A stretch of 64,000 nt of DNA from the human T2T-CHM13v2.0 reference genome, Homo sapiens. Position numbers and translations under genes: made by a program. Within the stretch, counting starts at the first letter, position 1, and each line of letters starts with the position of its first letter. The stretch is from the NCBI RefSeq assembly GCF_009914755.1, contig NC_060925.1; one strand, given 5' to 3'. Below the pieces are notes generated by a model. The model was not told the DNA's origin. It saw only the letters and a list, made by a program, of their open reading frames with translations, and searched no databases. Shown piece after piece: positions 29,054-45,365 of this stretch.

Positions 29054-30305
29054 CTCCCCCCCTTCCCCTCCCCCTCCCCCTCTCCCTCTCCCGTCTCCCC
29101 GGTCTCCCTCTGATGCCACCAAAGTTGTGAAAGCCGAGGCTGGACTGTACTGCCGCCATCTCGGCTCACTGCAACCTCCCTGCCTGATTCTCCTGCCTCA
29201 GCCTGCAGAGTGCCTGGGATTGCAGGCGCGCGCCGCCACACCTGACTGGTTTTTGCATTTTTTGGTGGAGACGGGGTTTCGCTGTGTTGGCCGGGCTGGT
29301 CTCCAGCTCCTAACCGCGAGTGATCTGCCTGCCTCAGCCTCCCCAGGTGCTGGGATTGCAGACGGAGTCTCGCTCACTCAGTGCTCAATGTTGCCCAGGC
29401 TGGAGTGCAGTGGCGTGATCTCGGCTCGCTACAACCTCCACCTCCCAGCCGCCTGCCTTGGCCTCCCAAAGTGCCAGATTGCAGCCTCTGCCCGGCCGCG
29501 ACCCCGTCTGGGAACTGAGGAGTGTCTCTGCCCGACCGCCACCCCATCTGGGAGGTGAGGTGCGTCTCTGCCCAGCCGCCCCGTCTGAGAAGTGAGGAGC
29601 CCCTCTACCCGGCAGCCACCCCGTCTGGGAGGTCGGGGGCAGCCCCCGCCCTGCCAGCCGCCCAGTCCGGGAGGGAGGTGGGGGGCGCCTCCGCCCGGCC
29701 ACTGCCCCGTCTGGGAGGTGAGGAGCCCCTCTGCCCGGCCGCCACCCGGTCTGGGAGGTGTACCCAACAGCTCATTGAGAACGGGCCATGATGACGATGG
29801 CGGTTTTGTCAATAGAAAAGGGGGAAGTGTGGGAAAAAGAAAGAAGAGATCAGATTATTACTGTGTCTGTGTAGAAAGAAGTAGACATGGGAGACTCCAT
29901 TTTGTTCTGTACTAAGAAAAATTCTTCTGCCTTGGAATGCTGTTAATCTATAACCTTACCCCCAACCCCGTGCTCTCTGAAACATGTGCTGTGTCCACTC
30001 AGGGTTAAATGGATTAAGGGCGGTGCAAGATGTGCTTTGTTAAACAGATGCTTGAAGGCAGCATGCTCGTTAAGAGTCATCACCACTCCCTAATCTCAAG
30101 TACCCAGGGACACAAACACTGCGGAAGGCGCAGGGTCCTCTGTCTAGGAAAACCAGAGACCTTTGTTCACGTGTTTATCTGCTGACCTTCCCTCCGCTAT
30201 TGTCCTATGACCCTGCCAAATCCCCCTCTCCGAGAAACACCCAAGAATGATCAATAAATACCAAAAAAATATAAAAAAAGAAAATCACACTAAAAAAAAA
30301 CACAA
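29054..30305 (+). mobile_element. SVA retrotransposon, full-length, short VNTR, probably an older subfamily
   Basis: C-rich hexamer-like head, antisense Alu-like domain, GC-rich VNTR, SINE-R, AATAAA and A-tail; TSD aaaacaaatta at 29043-29053 and 30306-30316. Confidence 0.95.
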
Positions 30306-30316
30306 AAAACAAATTA

Positions 30317-33080
<2,764 letters not shown>

Positions 33081-33083
33081 AAG

Positions 33084-33190
33084 TGGTGCTCACCTGTAGT
33101 CCCAGCTACTCAGGAGGATTGCTTGAGCCCAGGAGTCCGAGTCCAGTCTGGGCAACATAGTAAGACCCTGTCTCTTTAATTAATAATAAA
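33084..33190 (+). mobile_element. Alu monomer (FAM/FLAM-like)
   Basis: cacctgtagtcccagctactcaggagg...ggcaacatagtaagaccctgtctc. Confidence 0.7.
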
Positions 33191-34384
33191 GAGAAATTTT
33201 ATGAGAGGCTTTTTGGTGACTTGGGCAGTAAAATATTGAAGTATAGAGTTTTCTTCCTCTCAAGTTAGGGTATCTTAATCTTTAAGACAGTTGATTTGGG
33301 AAGAGCTAGAGTTAATGAGTTGCCTGAGAATTTTCCTGTTTTAGAAAATAAAGGTGGAAGAGTTCTGTGTGCTTTTCCAGTAAATCAGTTGTCTTTATCA
33401 GCTGCTGAGCTGAAACTCTGTGTCCTTACTTAGCTTTAAAAAAAAAAAAAAGAAAAAAGAAAGAAACGTTCAATCCAGTCCTAGTTGGATGCCACCTTGG
33501 GATTTTATTCACCCACCACATCACAGTTTGAGGAACTGGAAAAGTTCATTTCACTCTTTGAGACGACATACAAGGATGGCAATTTAAATAAATTTGGCTT
33601 TCCAGGAGCTAAGAATCAAATCTGCCAGCAGAGTCCAAAGAGCATCCACCATTTGCACTAGACTTTGCTAAAAATAACATGCATTTTCTGTCTCCCGCTG
33701 GCACACAATGGTGTTAAGCACAGCTACTTCAACACTGGAACAGATCACAAAAGAAGGTGATGAGTGTTTAAAAAGCTTTTAACTAGTAATATTAAACCCT
33801 TGACTTTTACCAGATGCTAGCAGCACCCTTATGGAACTTTACATATTTTCTGGCACCTGCTTTTACCCAAAAAACTTGTTGGAGGCTAAAGCACTGCTGA
33901 ACATGACCTGAACTTGGAGACTGGGGCATTCATTCCAGTTCCATTGAAGTATATTTAAACAAAATACAAACTCACACTTGTACCTAAATTTCCACCAGCC
34001 CTGACTTTCTAGCCAAGTCTGGAATGCAATCTCATCTCTGCCTCTCTTAGGACACTAAACACTTTCCATTTTATAATAAGAAGTGTATGTATATTTTGTC
34101 TCCCCAACTTGAAAACAAAAAGACATCCTTTTAAATTAATATCACTATTACTATTTGTAATTGGCATTGTATGTATGCAGCTCAAATTCAAAAGTTACCA
34201 GGGATACATGGTAACCCCTAGGGATGACACCATTGTCCCCATGTACTTAATTCCTTTCCCCAGGACATCAATGTGGCCAGTTGTTGGGTATTTTTCCAAA
34301 GTATTATACACCTATAGAACTATAACAGTCAGGCATACAGTCATATTCTTTATTCCTTCTTTGAAAAAATGGAAATTGTTATGT

Positions 34385-34780
34385 GAGGTGGGGAGGATAT
34401 CTGTTCTTCTACCCATCTTAGGTTCATGGCTGAGATCCTGTAAAAAAAACAGATTAACAAGAGAAAAGCATACACATTTATAAGTTCTATGTAACATGGG
34501 AGACTTGATAAATAAATAAAGACTTGAATAAACAATTAAACCTAAGTGTTTTTTTCATAGATTTCATAAAGAATGGATAGTCATGGAGAAATACGATAGG
34601 ATGAATTGGTATGGTCTAATGGTAATGAACTGGGAGAAACTTAGCGAGGCCTGCCTGTTCATATGCTTTTTGGCATCTCTTGATCTTCAGAGATAAGGAT
34701 GTTCCTTTCCTTTTCCTCCAGGTACAGGAAGGGCACCTCTCACATGAGGGTCTTATGACTTACTTCAGGGGAAGGTCAGG
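34385..34780. mobile_element. ERV1-type LTR fragment (family uncertain)
   Basis: cagattaacaagagaaaagcatac... and cttcagagataaggatgttcctttcc resemble MER31/LOR1-group LTRs. Confidence 0.5.
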
Positions 34781-34799
34781 TTGACAAGTTATGTCACCA

Positions 34800-36885
34800 C
34801 TCTTCCTCATTGTTGCTGTCATCTACTCCACCAGATCACTCCCACTCATTCTTTGATTATTTTAGCTCTGAGCTCTGTCACACTCTCCAACACTACTTCT
34901 GCCTTAGTTCTTGGAGAGTTCAGTCTCCATGAGATGATCTTCTCATGGATCAGATGTCTTGGTTCTTTGACATCCTCTCCTCAGGAATTTGCCCTTCACC
35001 CTGCTTCTACTGTCCACTTTCTTAGACATATACCAATATCACAATTCCACACCTTCCATTTCAACATTATACTCTCTGCTCGCCACCTCCATTTTTAGCT
35101 CATAAATTCTGGCACCCCAAGTTAAACAATTCTCCTATTTTTGAACTTGTAGGTTTAATGGGACCTACAACCCATTAATTTAATCATATTTTTTCCTGTG
35201 TCATACAATGCTTTTGTTCACATTTTGACCCTTACCATGTTCAAAGTCCACAATCAAGTGTTATGATCACTCCCTGGTATACATTCCCACTTCCCTTACT
35301 AAATAATTGTGTGGCACAATCTAAAGCCTTGCTAAACACAACTCTCTGCCCACTTCACACCAACACCTACACATCTGAATAACGCTGAAGAAAAGCACAC
35401 TGCCATGCTACCTGGTCTCACTGTGAATTCATGACCACCACCCTCAATGAGGCCCTTAACACTACTGCATTTCCCTCATCCACTGCCTCTCAAGTCATGC
35501 TTTTCTTTTCCTAGTCCACTCACTCGCTAACTCTTCTTTTAGATGACTCTTTCATACCTTCTCTTCTTTCCTTAAAATGCCGACATCTCCTTCCCATCCT
35601 CACTTTTAGCTTCACACTTCACTGAGGAAGAGAACTTCTATAAGCTCTCACCACCATATGCTGTGTCCCCCACTCCATCCTCAACCCTGCCTGTTAGAAT
35701 GAATAACTTGTTGGTGCTCCTCTTAAGGCCAATAACTCTCCTCTTCTCTAAATCTTATCCCAGACTCAGAGTGTTGAACCAGCAGTTCTCCCCTCTTTGG
35801 CATCATTAACGGTTCCCTCCCAATTGGATCATTCCCATCACTGTACAATTAGTTCTCTCATTAAAAATAAAAATAACCCTTGAGCCCCTCTCTGTCTACT
35901 GCTTCATTATTGGCTCCCTTTTGGAGCAAAGCTTCTCAAAAGAATTATCTTTTCTTCCTGTCCTCAATTTCTCTCCTCCCATTGTCTCTTGAACTCAATC
36001 AGGCATTTGTCCATGTCACTTAACTGTAATTACTCTTATCAAGGCCACCAGTGACTTCCACATTGCTAAATCAAATGGTCCAAGTCTCAGTCCTCAACTT
36101 AATTGACCTATAAGCAATATTTTGTAGACACAGTTGAAACAGTTTCTTCACTTGGCTTCTAGGACCACGCATCCTCTTGGTTCTCTCTTGCCTTATTGGT
36201 TGCTCCTCAGTCTTAGCTGCTTTTTCATTATCTCCCTTTCTCAAAATTTTATAGTTCCCCAGAGCTCAGCTTCCAGATATCCCAATTTCAGACTTATTGC
36301 TGCCAGAACTGTGAAAGAATAAATTTCTACTGTTTTAAGCTACACATTGATGGCAATTTATTTGGCGGCTCCAGGAAATTAATGCATACTTCAATAAAGC
36401 TGCTTAAAAAAAACAAACCTGTACTGGTTCTTCATCTTAAGTCATGTCAAAGTTCAAAGTCAAAGTCCTTTCTGTAGCCACTAAGACCCTGCACTATCTC
36501 CCTGGCCTTGCTTCCCACACACCTCTGCTCCGTCTGCTGCAGCCACACTGTCCTCCTTACTCTTCCTTAAATACTCCAAGCACACTTCTGCCTCAAGGCC
36601 TTTGCCCTAGGTGGTTCATCTGCCCAGAATACTCTTCCTGTAGATATCTGCATACCTCTCTCCTCACCTTCCTCAGGTGTTGACACAAATGTCACCTTCT
36701 CAATGAGGTCTTGACCCCTTCTTCAAAATAGCAGTTATCCACATTCTGTAGCCCCCTGGCCTGATTTATTATCCACCATTGTAGTTATAAGCATTGGACA
36801 TACTTTGTTTTACTCATTCATTTTTTTTAGGATTACCTTTTCCCACCACAGGGAAAAGAAATTTGTCTTTCTCTTTGTTCACTGC
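34800..36885. mobile_element. L2 (long, fragmented)
   Basis: caaggccaccagtgacttccacattgctaaatcaaatggtc; tgcctcaaggcctttgc. Confidence 0.7.
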
Positions 36886-38335
36886 TTTTTTTTTAATTTG
36901 GACAAATTTATGGCGTACATGTGAAATTTTATTACATATATATAATGCATAGTGACCAAGTCAAGGTATTTAGGGTGGCCATCACCTGAGTATAATACGT
37001 TTTTATTAACTATAGTCTCCCTACTCTGCTATCAAACATTAAATTTATTATTTCTATATAAGTGTACACTTGGGTGCTTTAGCCCACTTCTCTTCAACTT
37101 TGTCTACCCTCAACTTACCCTTCTTGTTATCTTTCTATTCTCTGTCTCCACATAATCAAATATTTCAGCTCCTACATTTAAGTGAGAATATGTGATATTT
37201 GTCTTTTTGTGTCTGGTTTATTTCACTTAAGGTAATGACCTCCAGTTCCATCAGTGTTCTGTACATGACATGATTTCATTCTTTTTTATGGCCGAATAGT
37301 ACTCCATCATGTATATATACCACATTTTCCTTATCCATTCATCTGCTGATGGACACTTAGGTTGATTTCATATCTTTGCTATTGTAAATAGTGCTGCAAT
37401 AAACATGTGAGTGCAGGTATCTCCTTGATATATTGATTTCTTTTCCTTTGGGTAGGTACCCAGTAGTGGGATTGCTGGGTCAATCTATTTTTAGTTTCCT
37501 GAGAAATCTCCATGCTGTTTTCCATAGTGGCTGTATTAGTTTACATTCCCACCAACAATGTGTAAGAATTCCTTTTTCTCCACATACTCAGCAGCATCCA
37601 TTATTTTTTGTCATTTTAATAGTAGCCATTATAAAAAGGGGTATGGGGTATGATGATATCTCATTGTGGTTTTGATTTGCATTTCTCTGATAGTGATGTT
37701 GAACATTTTTTTCATATACCTGTTGAGCATTTGTATGCCTTATTTTAAGAAATAGCTATTCACATTCTTTGCTTGCTTTTTAATGGAGTTGTTTTTTCTG
37801 TTGAGTTGTTTGAGTTCTTTTTATATTCTGGATATTAGTACCCTGTCAGATGGGTAGTTTGCAAACATTTTCTCCCATTCAACAAGTTGTCCCTTCACTC
37901 TGTTTATTATTTATTTTGCTGGGCAAAAAGTTTTTAGTTTAATTAGGTCCCATTTGTCTATTTTTGGTTTTGTTGCCTGTGCTTTTGAGGTCTTAGTCAT
38001 AAATTCTTTGCATAGACCAATGTCCTAGAGTTTACTCTAGGTTTTCTTCTAGTATTTTTATAGTTTCAGGTCTTATGTTTAAGGCTTTAATCCATTTTGA
38101 ATTGATTTTTGTATATGGTGAGAGCTAGGAGTCCAGTTTCATTCTTCTGCATGTGGCTAATTTTACCAGCACAATTTATTGAAGAGAGTATCCTTTCTCC
38201 AATGTAAGTTCTTGTTGGCTTTGTAAAAGGTCAGTTGGCTGTAAATACATGGCTTTATTTCTCAGTTCTCCATTCTGTTCCATTTGTCTATGTGTCTATT
38301 TTTATACCAATACCATGCTGTTTTGGTTACTATAG
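36886..38335 (-). mobile_element. L1MA-type 3' fragment
   Basis: Antisense L1 3' UTR and ORF2 text. Confidence 0.85.
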
Positions 38336-38404
38336 CTGTTCACTGCTGTTTTTACATTGCCTGGAACAGAGTAGATAATGGATAAATATTTGTGGAAGGA
38401 AAAA

Positions 38405-38451
38405 AAGAAGGAAGGAAGGGAGGGAGGGAGGGAGGAAGGAAGGAAGGGAGA
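38405..38451. repeat. (GGAA/GGGA)n simple repeat
   Basis: Visible purine repeat. Confidence 0.85.
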
Positions 38452-40049
38452 TTCCCTATACTTTTTTTCAATCAAAATGCTGGGGCCATCTTGTTATTTG
38501 ATATAGGGCTTTTGTTTTTATTGTTGTTTTTGTTGGTTTAACTTTTTATTATAGAAAGTTTCAAACATACAAAAGTAGAGAAAACATATAAAGAATCTAG
38601 TGTACCTCTCACCCTGATTAAACAGCTATCAATACAAGTATGGCAAATTTTGTTTCACCTATACCCCCACCCATTCCCTATACCTCCCACCAGATTATTT
38701 TGAAGCAAATTTCAAACATATTATTTTAATTTATAAGGATTTCAGTCTGTGCCTTCGAAAGATAAGGACTAAAAAGAACAAAAACAAACCCAAAAAATCA
38801 GGCAATCTCAGTACACACCTAAAATCCATTTATAATAATGCCTTAATATTATTCAGTAGTCAGTCTTCACATTTTCTCACTTGTCTTAGAAATGATTTTG
38901 ATTTTGCTTTTTGTTTTACACTTTGATTGTTTGGATTGAGATACAAATAAGTATCATATATTCTAATTTATTGATATGTCTCTTTTATTCTGTAGGTTTC
39001 CCCTTCATTTTCTGCAAACTTAAAAAATTTTGTGATAAAACAAGCTCTGTAATTTTCCATAGTTGTACTGTAGTTTCCTATAGTCTTGATTTTGCTGACT
39101 GCATGGCTGCCCTAAAAGATCATTTAACATGTTTTCCTCTGGCCTGTATCACTTATGAACTGGTAATTACATCTAGATACTTAGTCACATTTTTCCCCCA
39201 CCTCAGGCCTTTACGGGTGGTGTTTGTATTTCTAATAGGAGGGACAGTCTCTGTTGTTTTCTTTTTTGAGGGTGATGATCATTGTCCAAATCCACTACTT
39301 CAGTAGGTTTTGAAACATAACGATACTATAATTCTATCCCATTCTCTTTTTCTTTTTCTTTTCAGCGGAAATACTTTTGCAAAGAGAAGCCCCTCTGCCA
39401 ACACACCATATCAAATATCTGGTTTTTCTAATCATTTAAGAAAGAGAGAACAAATGTTTTATTTACCTATTTTTAAATTAATAATGTGGGTTATTCCTAG
39501 CATCTTCCAAAGGGCACCAGTGAGTTGTTGTGGTTATTTTAGTATCATTATAAAAATGGATATGTGGTTTTAAAGTTTTTACTGTAATAATTATCTTTAT
39601 TATCATTGCTTAAGTCATCCTGTCTTTTGGCCAGTGGAAACTTATTTAGATTGACATCTGAGTCCTAGTGACACAATTCTAATAATCTTTGATAGCTTCC
39701 TTATTCCTTTATATTTTTCCTTTTTAATAGCCATTCTAACTGGGGTACGATGATAACTCATTGTGGTTTTGATCTATACTTCTCTGATTGTTAGTGATGT
39801 TGGACATTTTCTTCATATACCTGTTGGCTGTTTGTATGTTTTCTTTTTAGAAACGTCTATTCACGTCCTTTGCTCACAAATAACTTAATGAAGTTATTTG
39901 TTTTTTTCCTGTTGAGTTGTTTGAGTTGAATATATTCTAGGCTCACCTTCCCTAGACCTGGATTCAGCCATTTCTCCAAAAAGCCCTATTTTTGTTTGTT
40001 GGCAATGGTATTTACCACAATCTGTGTACTAGTGGTGCCTTGCTGTCAG

Positions 40050-40622
40050 TTTGCAGCAAAGGATTAACTCAGCAGGCATGGGTTGCCCAAACCCTGTACA
40101 TTCCACAGAAAGTTTAGCCCTTGACCAACTCCTGGGAGATAACTTTGAAGGCCTTGGGATGTCTTTCCTGGTAAGAATGTCTGTTTCTTTAGGACCTTGG
40201 AAGGTAGTCTATAGTACCATACCAGGTAGTCTATGCTAACAATGTGATTTTTGATAGATGCCTTGGGCCATGCAGTATCAGTTGACCTTTGGAAATTCAT
40301 GCCCACATCACTAACCCCAGATTTAAAAAAAAAAAAAAAAAAAAAGGCTTCTGTGGTTGGCACTACCTTGTATGCGCTGCTACACATCATTGCTGGGAAA
40401 AATTAAGGCTGTCCATATGACTCCACTGGGACAGGAAAAATGGAAGCTTGTATCTTGTCTTTCTTGCAATCTGCCCTATGTGCCTTTTTCCATTGCTTAT
40501 TTTAATCTGTATCTTTTCATTGTAATGGACTGTAACCATGAGTACAGCATATTTGCTGAGTTCTGCCAGTTTTTCTAGAGAATCACTGAACCTAAGTTTG
40601 GTCTTGGGGATGCCTGACTACA
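40050..40622. mobile_element. LTR (MER21-like)
   Basis: aggattaactcagcaggc...gaatcactgaaccta..ggtcttgggga. Confidence 0.6.
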
Positions 40623-40881
40623 GTCAGAAATTCTGTCTGGATTTCTTCAGCAGGCAGAACTAGAAAATATGTTTTTAAGATTAAAAATGTCATGATTTCA
40701 TGCCAAATGAAATACAGGTCTACAGGTTCCTACTTAAACTTATCAATCTTGCATCTATATCTCCTTTCAACCACACCAAAAATATATAGTTCTCAATGAA
40801 ACCAAATAATCACTTTTCTTTATCCTACAACACAGTAGTCTCAAAATAGCAATACCAACTCTACCACCAACAATATGACTA

Positions 40882-41259
<378 letters not shown>

Positions 41260-41270
41260 GTCACTCGAGG

Positions 41271-41371
41271 TTGCTTTTGTAGCTTAAGTGTGATGATTGA
41301 GTTTGTATGTGCATGTGTGAGATGTGCCACCCTCGAACCTTATTATAGCATGGGCACATTACCCATCTGAC
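41271..41371 (+). pseudogene. U13 (SNORD13) snoRNA retrocopy
   Basis: cttttgtag...tgatgattg...gtgtgagatgtgccaccctcgaacctt...gggcacattacccatctgac matches U13, with C box TGATGA and D box CTGA; followed by an A-rich tail and TSD. Confidence 0.9.
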
Positions 41372-43889
41372 ATGAAAAAATATAAAATAAAGTCATTTGA
41401 AATTATTTTTCTTTGTTTCATAATGGTGTTTACTGGCTACACAAATATAATCACATTTTATTTTTGCTTTGGGGGATTATGTATTTATTTAATTTTGTTT
41501 TATAATTAAAAAATAATTTATGTTTCTAAAGACAAATCTTTGGAATATTCAAAGATATTCCTCCCTCTCCTCTTCTATACAGCTATTTAAAAATAGTTTT
41601 TATTCCCTTGTTGGTTTTTATAATGTAAGCAAATGCACACCTACAGAGATAGGTAGATAGGTTCTACTCTTTCTTTTATATGTAAATGGTAGCTTACTAC
41701 ACATATTTTTCTTTACTTTGCTTTTTTCATTTAACAATATACCCTAGAGATCACTTACTGTATAGAGATAATCCCCATTTTACACTGCACTGTATCATTA
41801 TGTGGCCGAAGAATTGTTTATTTAACTATTGTGCTGTCGATTCTGATTGATGCCAGTCTTTTGTTATTACAAATAATGCTGTAACAGTACTTTATACATA
41901 CATCTTTTATCATATTTTTGCTACTGTGGCTTTGGGATAGTGTTCTAAAATCTAGATTTCTGAAAGATAAATTTCAGTATGATTGCCGAGTCAAATGGTA
42001 GATGCACATATAATTTTGCTAAATTTCCCCCTATTCCCCTCCATCATCATGATGCCATCTTTTATTCCTACCAGCAATGTAGAAGAGTGTTTGTTTCACC
42101 CTAGCCTCACCAATAAAGTATGTGGTCCAAATTTTGGATTTTTGCCAATCTTACTGGTGGGAAATTGTATCTTAGTGTAGTTTCAATTTACACTTATAAG
42201 TGAATGATGTTGAGCATCTTTTCCCAGGGTTAAGTGTAATTCTCACTTCTTTTCCTGTGCATTGTCTGTTTGTGTCTCTGATGAGACTTTTCCTCATGCT
42301 TCAAGTTATTATATTTTTGTTAACTAACACAGCCTTAAATTCTAGCAAGATCTGACTATGCCAAAGAGACCTCAGGTCCTATGGAAACTCAATTGGAGGG
42401 TGGGGTATGGGGACCATGGAGTATCACAGACATGTACTTAGCACATGGACAAAAACAAAGATTTTCAAATATTAATTAGAGTCTTGAATTTTAAGAAATA
42501 TTGGATTTCTTGGATATTTAAGTTTATTTTATTAATTCATTAATTCAAGTAATATTTGTTGAACACACGCTATGTCCAAGCACTGTTTTAGGCACTGGAG
42601 TTACAAGAGTGAACATCTTTTCCTTCCTCAGAAAGTAATGGAAAAAGAAATGATGTTATTCTCCTGATTCAGGCTGAAAGACCATCTCTAAAAGAATAGA
42701 CTATTCTTTCATATGATTTTCCCCATATTCCCATTTGCCATATTCAGAAATTGCAGGTCAACCCCACTGATAAGTCAAAAGCAGAGGTAAAAATATTGGT
42801 TTCTTCCATACAGATGACTGTTGGCGCTAGAAGAGGATCTTGAACCTCTTCCTGACTGATTCTTTTATCAATAAGAGGGAAAAAAAACTCCAGAGACCTT
42901 GCCACTGTTCAAAGTCACACAAAGCCGGAGCACCTGGTTTTTAGGTCTTCCTCAATTATTTCCATGGTATCAAACTTGTAGAGAAGCTAAGGGAGCAGAA
43001 ATAACACAAATGCAACCCTGCTTTTTGGTCCTGTCGGGTCTGGAGAACAACCCTTATTAATGGGACCTTGGGCGATATTTGATGGTGGCATTGTTTCTCT
43101 GCTCCGCTTAACTGTTCCCCGGCCAAGCCACAGAGCTCTCCTCTGTCATGGAACAGGTTCAAAGGGACTGCAGGATGTTTTTAGTTTCATAAAAAAGACA
43201 ATGAAAGCCAGTTAGAGAAAAGACAGAACAAGAAGATGAAAGTAACATGCTGGGAGAGGAGGAAGGCTGCCCTGAGCTGATAAACCATATAGATTGTTCC
43301 TGAAGGGAGAGACTAAGGCTCATGGTATGAATTGTACTTAAGCAACTAACATCTTTATTTAAGGGTTCTCTCAATCTCTTTCTGGGGAAAAAAAAAAAAT
43401 CTATAAGACAGCCCAGAACTAACATAGTTAGACCTGAGTTTGGGCTCTATCTTTGTCACTAACCAGCTGCATGTTCCTTAACAAGTCACTTTAATATCCC
43501 GAGCGTTGGTTTCCTCATCTGTAAACTAAGATGAATAATGCCTGGCTGATAATGTGGCTGTGAAGATTAAAATGGGTCATGCCTTTGAATATGCTTTATA
43601 AAATTCAGTTCTTCTTTCATTTCCTCAGCCGATTGCTCATGTTCCTCTAATACACTGTCCCCACCCTGGACAACCTCTAGCAGGTATATGCACACCTGAA
43701 GATACTGAGACAGGGAGACTGACTAGTTGAGATTCACTGAGGCTGATGTGTCTAGAAAGTTGCTCACTAAGTATTCCCGCAGGGTGTTTGAAGCCTCTTC
43801 CTGGATGCCTGGTGAGACGAGACACTTTGAATCCACCTTGCAAAGCTCCTGCTCCAAGACAGCTGCAGCTTGTGCTCTGTAGAGCGATA

Positions 43890-44210
43890 TGAAATAATTG
43901 CCCGTTGGCACAATAAGCCCATCTCCTCTCCGGGCAGCACAAAAGAAAGCTCAAAAGCATCTCCGGTTTTGATTGCCAAGTGGGGGAGGCAGTGAAAGTA
44001 CACTAAATTATGAGTCCAGGTGCCTCTCTACAGAAATCCACTTCCGCCTCGCTGCCGCTCTGAAGGCGCGCAGTGGGTGTTGACGTCACCTTCGGCCACA
44101 GGAGCTTGGAGAGGCTGGGGCCCTGACTCCCCGCGGGATCCGCTGGTAGACCAGGGCGTGCTCTCAGACTGGAAGTGCAGGAAGGCTCGCTTACTCTCGC
44201 CATAGACCAG
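43890..44210. promoter_or_regulatory. Small CpG-enriched unique element with CRE, ETS and MYB-like motifs
   Basis: TGACGTCA at 44081-44088; CACTTCCG at 44039-44046; CCGTTG at 43902-43907; local CpG retention. Confidence 0.5.
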
Positions 44211-45117
44211 ACTGACAGGGGTCTGCCAAGGCTGCTGGGAATGTGGGAAGTGAACTTTAGGTGGAAACAGAAAAGCTTCTCTCTCCGTGGGTAGCCTTTT
44301 TTTTTTTTTTTTAGTTCAGGAGAGAAAAAAAAAATCATAGAAGCCTGCCAAGCCAAATAAACTATGCTCAATTAAGTCTTTCAACTGTGCAATTCCTCTT
44401 GTTGATTTTATGAGGAAAAGGGCAGAATAGAAACATGATGGGCTTGTTTAAAATACTTCAAAAGGGAAGAACCTATATTCTCCTGCTTCCCAGACCGACC
44501 TCTTTCGGGCTTTCCTTTCCTCCAGCCATGCTGCAGGCCTTTCACTGTCATCTCCTCCATCTGTGATAAAGCTGTCCACAGAACCCGTCCTCAGCTGCTT
44601 TCTCACCACACACCCTCACTCAGGGCATGTCCTCCATGTCATGCCCCTCATCCAGGCCTGTGACTCCCAAGGAGCTGAATCAGCCAAAACTCTCCCTCCC
44701 CAACCCCAACTCCAGGCGCTTATACCTCACTCCCCACAGCTGTTTTTATTATTCGTATTCACTGCTACTCAATCCCATCTTGTTTTCAAGAGGACTTAAG
44801 GTGGATTCCACAAATACATAAAAGATGAGAACTAAATAAAGTCAAAATCACTGTGAAGATAAAATGAGGGCAAAAAAGGAGAGAGAGCGAGATGAAATCA
44901 TGGACAAAGTTAGTTCACCAACTCCATTTAGAAAAATCCTGAACAGTTCCTTGACATATATAAGTTTGACTCTGAACTTCCTAGCAATCATTGCAATGAG
45001 GAAAGCACAAGTTGTATATAATTCATGGTGTCCTTAACACAATGTGTCTATAGCAGACTTGCTTATATGTAGCAAAAACTTATGACCTAATGGGAATAGA
45101 AAAAAAAAAAGAAGAAA

Positions 45118-45365
45118 CCGGGTGCAGTGGCTCACGCCTGTAATCCCAGCACTTTGGGAGGCCAAGGCAGGTGGATCACCTGAGGTCAGGAGTTCGAGAC
45201 CAGCCTGGCCAACATGGCGAAACCCCGTCTCTACTGAAAATACAAAAATTAGCCGGGCTTGGTGGCAGATGCCTGTAATCCCAGCTACTTGGGAGGCTGA
45301 GGCAGGAGAATTTCTTGAACCCAGGAGGTGGAGGTTTCAGTGAGCCAAGATCGTGGAAAAAAAAC
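45118..45365 (+). mobile_element. Alu (S-type) lacking the final ~30 nt
   Basis: Ends gagccaagatcgtgg then an A-run. Confidence 0.9.

Noticed and set aside
28956-29915. 200-aa and other ORFs crossing the SVA
   Set aside because: Translations of the GC-rich SVA Alu-like and VNTR domains; SVA is non-coding.
44050-44072. CTCF site
   Set aside because: tgccgctctgaaggc needs a gap to fit the core motif, so it is not supportable by eye.
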